DNA from: an uncultured Actinomycetota bacterium
Lineage (GTDB): Bacteria; Actinomycetota; Actinomycetes; JAHEKZ01
DNA: 64,000 nt
Assembly: GCA_963829525.1 (NCBI GenBank)
Contig: CAWHIJ010000003.1
Location: 2,272,001 to 2,336,000 of the forward strand
Direction of reading: 5' to 3'
Below the pieces are notes generated by a model that saw only the letters and a program-made list of their open reading frames with translations, had not been told where the DNA came from and did no database searches. Shown here one piece after another: positions 58,458 through 64,000 of the stretch (the first letter of the stretch is position 1; each line of letters begins with the position of its first letter). The translations under genes and the position numbers were made by a program.

Positions 58458-59420
58458 CTAGAACAGGGCGTTCGCCAGCGCTCGACGGGCGCTGAGTACG
58501 CGTGGGTCTTCGTTACCCACCAGGTCAAGCAGCTCGAGCAGGTGATCCTTGGCGGCATCGCGCTCGGCGCCACTGGTGCGTCGGACAAGTGCGATGAGCC
58601 GGTCGAAGCTCTCAGTCACCTGACCGGCCAGCAGCTCGAGGTCGGCAGCAACGGTGTTCACCGTGACGTCGTCACTTCCCTCAGCCGAGGTGCACGCCGT
58701 CTCGAGGTCCACACCCGCAGTACGCCGAAGGAGAGTCACGCTTGCAAGTCCCTGCCTGGCCTCCGGGTGGTCGGGCCGATTCACCAAGATCGAGCGATAC
58801 GCCGCCTCGGCCGCCTCGAGGTCATCACGTGCCAGAGCCTCATCGGCGGTAAGCAGTTCTGGATCGTCGGAGGCAGCATCGGCCTCCGGTCCACCAGTCG
58901 GAGCTGCCCCGGCAAGCGCCACAACCTGGTCAAGGAAGTCGCGCACCTGAGCCTCCGGAAGCGCTCCGGTGAAGCCCGGAATCACCTGGCCCTGCCACAC
59001 CACGAGCGTCGTCGGGATGCTTTGCACCTGCGCTGCGGCCGAGAGCTGGGGGTTGGCGTCGACGTCCACCTTGGCGAGTACCCACGCACCCGCATCGTCT
59101 GCGGCCAGTCGCTCAAGAATGGGGGACAACTGCTTACACGGGCCGCACCACTCAGCCCAGAAGTCGATGACGACCGGGACCGACATCGACCGCTCGAGCA
59201 CTTCAGTCTGAAATGTTGCGTCGGTGACATCGACAACCGACATGGAAGCCTCAGCCTTCGGGCCATCGGGTCCAGCCACCCGCTGCGCCCGGGCCGCCTC
59301 GGCTTTCTCGCGAGCCTGACGCTGCTGAGCGAGAGCGGCGAGATCGATGGCCCCATAGGGGTTGAAGCCAGCCGCGGCGCGAGGGGCGGGGGGTACAGAG
59401 GGCACAGGCGGCACAGTCAT
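58458..59420 (-). CDS. thioredoxin-TPR co-chaperone (YbbN/CnoX-like)
   Basis: DFWAEWCGPCK; C-terminal ARRALANALF. Confidence 0.92.
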   Translation of the reverse strand: MTVPPVPSVPPAPRAAAGFNPYGAIDLAALAQQRQAREKAEAARAQRVAGPDGPKAEASMSVVDVTDATFQTEVLERSMSVPVVIDFWAEWCGPCKQLSPILERLAADDAGAWVLAKVDVDANPQLSAAAQVQSIPTTLVVWQGQVIPGFTGALPEAQVRDFLDQVVALAGAAPTGGPEADAASDDPELLTADEALARDDLEAAEAAYRSILVNRPDHPEARQGLASVTLLRRTAGVDLETACTSAEGSDDVTVNTVAADLELLAGQVTESFDRLIALVRRTSGAERDAAKDHLLELLDLVGNEDPRVLSARRALANALF

Positions 59421-59441
59421 GGCCCCATTCTGTCGCACCGC

Positions 59442-61130
59442 TCAGAAGTCGGGAGGCTCGGTGTACCCACCGAAGACTTCGCGCAGACTCGCACAGAGCT
59501 CTCCCACCGTGGCCTCCACGCGAACAGCGTCCAACATGGGTTCGACCACGTTGGTGTTGCTTCTTGCGGCATCTGCGAGATTGCGCAGACGCTCTTGCAC
59601 GACGCGTTCGTCCCTCGCTGATCGTCTGCTTCGAAGGCGCTCGACCTGGTCGGTCTCCACCTCGCCAGGGATCTGCAGAACCTCCAGCGGCTCAGCCACC
59701 GAGTCGGTGTGGGCATTGACACCTACCACGCGACGCTCACCGCTCTCGATGCTGCGTTGGTACCCGTCCGCAGCGTCAGCGATCCCGCGGGTGAACCAAC
59801 CCGACTCGATGCCGGCAATGATCCCCCGGGTCATCGACCCGTTGTCCCCGAGCCCCTCAATTTGGGCAAGGAGTGACTCGACCTCAGCCTCGACCCGATC
59901 GGTGGACGCCTCCACGAACCATGAGCCGCCCAGCGGGTCGATCACGGAAGCGACGCCGGTCTCCTCCAGCAAGACGTGCTGCGTCCGCAAGGCCACCTCG
60001 GCCGTCGCCTCAGTCGGGAGACCCAAGACCTCGTCGTGGGCGTTGGTGTGCAGAGAGTTGGTTCCACCGAGAACTGCGGCGAGCGCTTCGACCGCCGTGC
60101 GCACGACGTTGTTCTCCGGTTGCTGCGCGGTGAGCGAGACCCCGGCAGTCTGAGCATGGAAGCGCAGCCACTGTGCACGCTCGGTGGTGGCACCGTAGCG
60201 GTCGCGCATCCACCTGGCCCAGATCCTGCGGCCCGCACGAAACTTGGCGATCTCCTCGAAGAAATCGATGTGCGCGTCGAAGAAGAAGCTGAGGCGAGCG
60301 GCACAGTCGTCCACCGACAGGCCGCGGGCCAGTCCAAGCTCGACGTAGCCGAACCCATCGGCAAGCGTGAAGGCGAGCTCTTGGGCGGCGGTCGCCCCCG
60401 CCTCCCGTATGTGGTACCCGCTGATGCTGATCGGGTGGTAGCGCGGCATGTGCTGCTGCGTCCACTCGAGCAGGTCGCCGATGAGGCGCAGGTGTGGTGC
60501 AGGCGGGAAGATCCACTCCTTCTGGGCGATGTACTCCTTGAAGATGTCGGTCTGCAGAGTTCCGCCGAGTGCAGATGGCGAGATCCCCGCGCGCTCTGCT
60601 GCGACGACGTAGATGCAGAAGAGCGGAAGGGCCGGTCCACTGATCGTCATCGACGTCGTCACCGACTCGAGCGGGATATCGCGCAGCAGTCGTTCCATGT
60701 CTTGTGCCGAGTCGATGGCCACACCACAGTGCCCGACCTCGCCAGCGGCCCTCGGGTCATCGGAGTCCAGGCCCATGAGCGTCGGCAGGTCGAAGGCGAC
60801 GCTGATGCCGTCACCTCCGCTGGCCAGTAGCCGGTGAAAGCGGGTATTAGTGTCCGCTGCCGTTCCAAATCCGGCGAACTGCCGCACCGTCCAGGGCTTA
60901 CCCAGGTAGCCAGTCGTGTAGATGCCGCGGGTGAACGGGTACTCCCCTGGCCAGCCGATGCGCTCGAAGCCAGGGGTGCCATCGGCGCCGAGGTCGTCTG
61001 GGCCATAGACCGGCTTGAGCGGGGAGCCGGAGAGCGTCGACCGGCCAGCTGCATCGGCCGAGGACCCAAGTTGCTTGGCCCAGCGATCCGCAAACCGCGC
61101 ACGACCACGAGTGAGGTCGTCAGACTCCAT
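59442..61130 (-). CDS. icmA: isobutyryl-CoA mutase large subunit (acyl-CoA mutase family)
   Basis: WTVRQFAGFG (Phe in place of the MCM Tyr) and QTDIFKEYIAQKEW; no B12-binding domain. Confidence 0.8.
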   Translation of the reverse strand: MESDDLTRGRARFADRWAKQLGSSADAAGRSTLSGSPLKPVYGPDDLGADGTPGFERIGWPGEYPFTRGIYTTGYLGKPWTVRQFAGFGTAADTNTRFHRLLASGGDGISVAFDLPTLMGLDSDDPRAAGEVGHCGVAIDSAQDMERLLRDIPLESVTTSMTISGPALPLFCIYVVAAERAGISPSALGGTLQTDIFKEYIAQKEWIFPPAPHLRLIGDLLEWTQQHMPRYHPISISGYHIREAGATAAQELAFTLADGFGYVELGLARGLSVDDCAARLSFFFDAHIDFFEEIAKFRAGRRIWARWMRDRYGATTERAQWLRFHAQTAGVSLTAQQPENNVVRTAVEALAAVLGGTNSLHTNAHDEVLGLPTEATAEVALRTQHVLLEETGVASVIDPLGGSWFVEASTDRVEAEVESLLAQIEGLGDNGSMTRGIIAGIESGWFTRGIADAADGYQRSIESGERRVVGVNAHTDSVAEPLEVLQIPGEVETDQVERLRSRRSARDERVVQERLRNLADAARSNTNVVEPMLDAVRVEATVGELCASLREVFGGYTEPPDF

Positions 61131-61235
61131 CGCGCTCCTCTCGTGTCGAGGCCGCTCGGTGGCCAAACGTGTGGCAATCCGGCGTCCCCAGGCTATCGGT
61201 CGTACGGCACGCCCAGCCCGACTGGACAATCCTTC

Positions 61236-61270
61236 CCTACATTGTCTATCGTATCGATCGGCAATGTAGG
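61236..61270. promoter_or_regulatory. inverted repeat, candidate operator of the ssu operon
   Basis: CCTACATTG-N17-CAATGTAGG, AT-rich, just upstream of the SD. Confidence 0.6.
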
Positions 61271-61291
61271 AAATATCGAGAGGAATCGTTG

Positions 61292-62404
61292 ATGCTTGGG
61301 ATCAGGACCCGAACTCGCACCGCCCGATTGGCCGTCGGTATCGGCGCCATCGTCGCTGCAGTGACCATGACTGCATGCTCGAGTGACAGCGGGGGCGATA
61401 CGAACGCATCTGACAGCGCATCTCCCGGTGCTGCCGAGCCCATCACCACGCTCCGTCTGGGGTACTTCCCCAACTTCACCCACGCGCCCGCTCTGATCGG
61501 TGTCCAAGAAGGCTTCTTCAAGGACTCCCTGGCCGAGCAGGACGTCACGGTGACTCCGACGATCTTCAACGCCGGCCCCGACGCCGTCACCGCGCTGCTG
61601 AGTAACTCGCTCGACATCGCCTACATCGGCCCCAACCCCACGGTGGCCGCTTACGTGCAGTCGCAAGGTGACGCGGTGCGCGTCATCGCTGGGGCTGCGT
61701 CGGGTGGAGCCGCCCTGGTCGTCAACAAAGACATCACGTCACCGGCCGACCTCAGCGGCAAGACCCTCGCCACCCCACAGCTCGGCAACACCCAGGACGT
61801 CGCTCTCCGCTACTGGCTGAAGCAGAATGACCTGGCCTCCAGCGAGGAAGGCGGCGACGTCACCATCGCGCCGCAGTCGAACTCCGAGGGCCTCACCGCC
61901 TTCGCCTCCGGGCAGATCGACGGCGCTTGGGTGCCAGAACCCTTCGTCTCGCAGTACGTCGCCGCAGGCGCAACGGTGCTGGTGAACGAGAAGGAGCTGT
62001 GGCCGAAGGGCCAGTTCGTCACGACCAACGTCATCGTGCGCACCCAGTTCCTCGAGCAGTACCCGGACGTGGTCGACGCCTTCCTGGCCGCCCATGTGCA
62101 GGCGCTCGAGCTGATCAAGAAGGATCCCGAGACTGCCAAGCAGGACGTCAACACCGCCCTCCAGGCGCTGACCGGGTCTCCCCTGGACACCAACATCCTC
62201 AACTCGGCGTGGAGCCAGGTCGAGTTCACCGCCGACCCGCTCAAGGCCACCCTGGTCGAGAGTGCGGCCCACGCGGTCGACGTCGGCCTCCTCGAGCAGA
62301 GCGCCATCGACGAGGCGGGCGGCAACTTCGACGGCCTCTACGACCTCGACCCGCTCAACGCCGCGCTCAAGAAGGCCGGACTGGACCAGGTGTCGACCTC
62401 ATGA
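61292..62404 (+). CDS. ssuA: aliphatic sulfonate/nitrate ABC transporter substrate-binding lipoprotein
   Basis: Lipobox MTAC; LRLGYFPNFTHAPA, ATPQLGNTQDVAL, WVPEP. Confidence 0.85.
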   Translation: MLGIRTRTRTARLAVGIGAIVAAVTMTACSSDSGGDTNASDSASPGAAEPITTLRLGYFPNFTHAPALIGVQEGFFKDSLAEQDVTVTPTIFNAGPDAVTALLSNSLDIAYIGPNPTVAAYVQSQGDAVRVIAGAASGGAALVVNKDITSPADLSGKTLATPQLGNTQDVALRYWLKQNDLASSEEGGDVTIAPQSNSEGLTAFASGQIDGAWVPEPFVSQYVAAGATVLVNEKELWPKGQFVTTNVIVRTQFLEQYPDVVDAFLAAHVQALELIKKDPETAKQDVNTALQALTGSPLDTNILNSAWSQVEFTADPLKATLVESAAHAVDVGLLEQSAIDEAGGNFDGLYDLDPLNAALKKAGLDQVSTS

Positions 62405-63192
62405 GTGAGTCCCTCACTGCTGCGAGAGGGTCCCAGGTCCCTGGGGCCCTCTCGCCGACCCTTCGGGTGAAGGGTGTGAACAAGGTCTTCGGCCAGAACA
62501 ACACCCGCACGGTCGCCCTGCAGGATGTCAACCTCGACGTCTACCCCGGTGAGTTCGTGACCGTCGTCGGCGCTTCCGGCTGCGGCAAGAGCACGCTGCT
62601 CAACCTCGTGGCGGGTCTCGAGAAGCCGACCTCCGGCGAGCTCGAGGTGGGCGGACGTGTCGCCTTCATGTTTCAGGAGGCCACGTTGCTGCCATGGCTG
62701 ACCGCGAAGAAGAACGTAGAACTCGCGCTGCGGCTGCACGGCGTCCCCAGGTCAGAGCGAGGCGATCGGGCACAAGAACTGCTCGAAACCGTTCGACTCG
62801 GTGACAAGGCCGATAAGCGTCCGCATGAGCTCTCCGGTGGGATGCGGCAGCGCGTCGCACTTGCCCGAGTTCTCGCGCAGGAGACCCGGATCGTGCTGAT
62901 GGACGAGCCGCTCGGGGCACTCGATGCCATGACTCGCGACCACATGCACGACGAGATCGAGCGGGTCTGGGAGAAGCACAAGTTCTGCGTGCTCTTCGTC
63001 ACCCACAACATGCGCGAGGCCGTTCGTTTGGCCGATCGGGTGGTGCTCATGAGCAGCTCACCCGGTCGCGTCAAGTTGGACGAACGCATCACCATCCCGC
63101 GCCCGCGCCGGATCGACTCCGCCGAGGTGGCCCAACTCGCTGGCGAGCTCACCGAGGCGCTCAGAGAGGAAGTGGCAGCGCATGTCGCTTGA
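62401..63192 (+). CDS. ssuB: ABC transporter ATP-binding protein
   Basis: GASGCGKST, LSGGMRQR, MDEP. Confidence 0.85.
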   Translation: MSESLTAARGSQVPGALSPTLRVKGVNKVFGQNNTRTVALQDVNLDVYPGEFVTVVGASGCGKSTLLNLVAGLEKPTSGELEVGGRVAFMFQEATLLPWLTAKKNVELALRLHGVPRSERGDRAQELLETVRLGDKADKRPHELSGGMRQRVALARVLAQETRIVLMDEPLGALDAMTRDHMHDEIERVWEKHKFCVLFVTHNMREAVRLADRVVLMSSSPGRVKLDERITIPRPRRIDSAEVAQLAGELTEALREEVAAHVA

Positions 63193-64000
63193 TGTCGCAG
63201 AACGTCCGGCCACGGGAGAGTCCGGACGTGAAAGCATGATCCCTCACCGACCTTCACCACTAGCCGCTGTCAGTCGCATCTGGTCGTGGACCTGGCCGAA
63301 GCTGATCGCGCTCGGCATCGTCCTTGGCGTCTGGGAGTTCCTGGTTCGGCTTGGCTGGAGAGCGGATTACATCTTCCCGCCGCCCACAACGGTGTTTCAG
63401 ACTCTCGGCGACCTCATGGGCACCGAGCGCTTCTGGGACAGCGTCTCCACCACGATCCAGCGGGCGGCCATCGGTTACCTCTCAGCCCTCGTGATTGGTT
63501 CACTGATCGGCATCGCCGTGTCGCGCATTCGAACTCTGCGATTGGGCGTTGGCTCACTGATTACTGGACTGCAGACGATGCCGTCGATCGCGTGGTTCCC
63601 GTTCGCCATCATCGTGTTTGGCGTCAACGAGACGGCAATCTTCTTCGTCGTCGTCCTTGGGGCTGCACCGAGCATCGCCAACGGCATCATCTCCGGCATC
63701 GACCACGTCCCGCCGACCTTCGTCAGGCTCGGAAAGGTCATGGGAGCGAACAGCTTCACGCTCTATCGCCACATCGTGCTTCCCGCTGCGCTGCCGTCCT
63801 ACGTTGCCGGGCTCAGCCAGGGATGGGCGTTCGCGTGGCGGTCGCTGATGGCCGGTGAGCTGCTCGTGTTCGCGGCGACGTCCGGGGCAATCGGCCAGAA
63901 CCTCCAAGCCGCACGCGAGCTGATCAAGATGGATGAGGTGATGGCCTGGATGATCGTCATCTTGGTGATCGGAATGGTCGCTGACACCATCTTCACCTCG
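63182..64000 (+). CDS. ssuC: ABC transporter permease (runs off window end)
   Basis: Open frame from ATG 63182: LQTMPSIAWFP...PAALP...WRSLMAGELL. Confidence 0.85.
   Translation, partial: MSLDVAERPATGESGRESMIPHRPSPLAAVSRIWSWTWPKLIALGIVLGVWEFLVRLGWRADYIFPPPTTVFQTLGDLMGTERFWDSVSTTIQRAAIGYLSALVIGSLIGIAVSRIRTLRLGVGSLITGLQTMPSIAWFPFAIIVFGVNETAIFFVVVLGAAPSIANGIISGIDHVPPTFVRLGKVMGANSFTLYRHIVLPAALPSYVAGLSQGWAFAWRSLMAGELLVFAATSGAIGQNLQAARELIKMDEVMAWMIVILVIGMVADTIFTS

Noticed and set aside
61131-61291. Poly-cysteine leader peptide before ssuA
   Set aside because: No Cys-codon run found on the + strand

Overview
High-GC actinobacterial chromosomal segment, mostly core genome with Streptomyces-like synteny: recG-DAK2-rpmB-thiL-ddl-gpsA-cofC-hup-leuDC-ndgR, tRNA-Glu/Gln-gltX, cimA-ilvE-leuB-serA-ilvCNB-ilvD, gatBAC-GGDEF/EAL-ligA-mnmA-iscS-etfAB, icmA and ssuABC. 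Many single-base indels, including in essential genes (gatA, mnmA, ilvB), point to a poorly polished long-read assembly. Accessory inserts are a sulfatase/flippase-like/SulP islet beside tRNA-Glu, an OatA-like acyltransferase plus a free SGNH protein flanking cimA, a BNR beta-propeller/MoaD pair, a matrixin protease and two DUF222-HNH genes. The best candidate for an undescribed system is the DUF222-HNH loci. Both have PafBC-type DNA-damage promoters. The copy at 41.3-42.8 kb also has a structured leader, a G/T-rich to C/A-rich compositional flip and about 90 nt of imperfect end-to-end complementarity, suggesting a fold-back, damage-inducible element. Other observations: two leader-peptide attenuators (cimA, ilvB), candidate NdgR boxes, a rod-like hairpin upstream of etfB, a structured rpmB leader and an insertion of about 39 aa in LigA. 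No CRISPR array, rRNA, integrase or transposase was seen. All calls are by eye; no searches were run.
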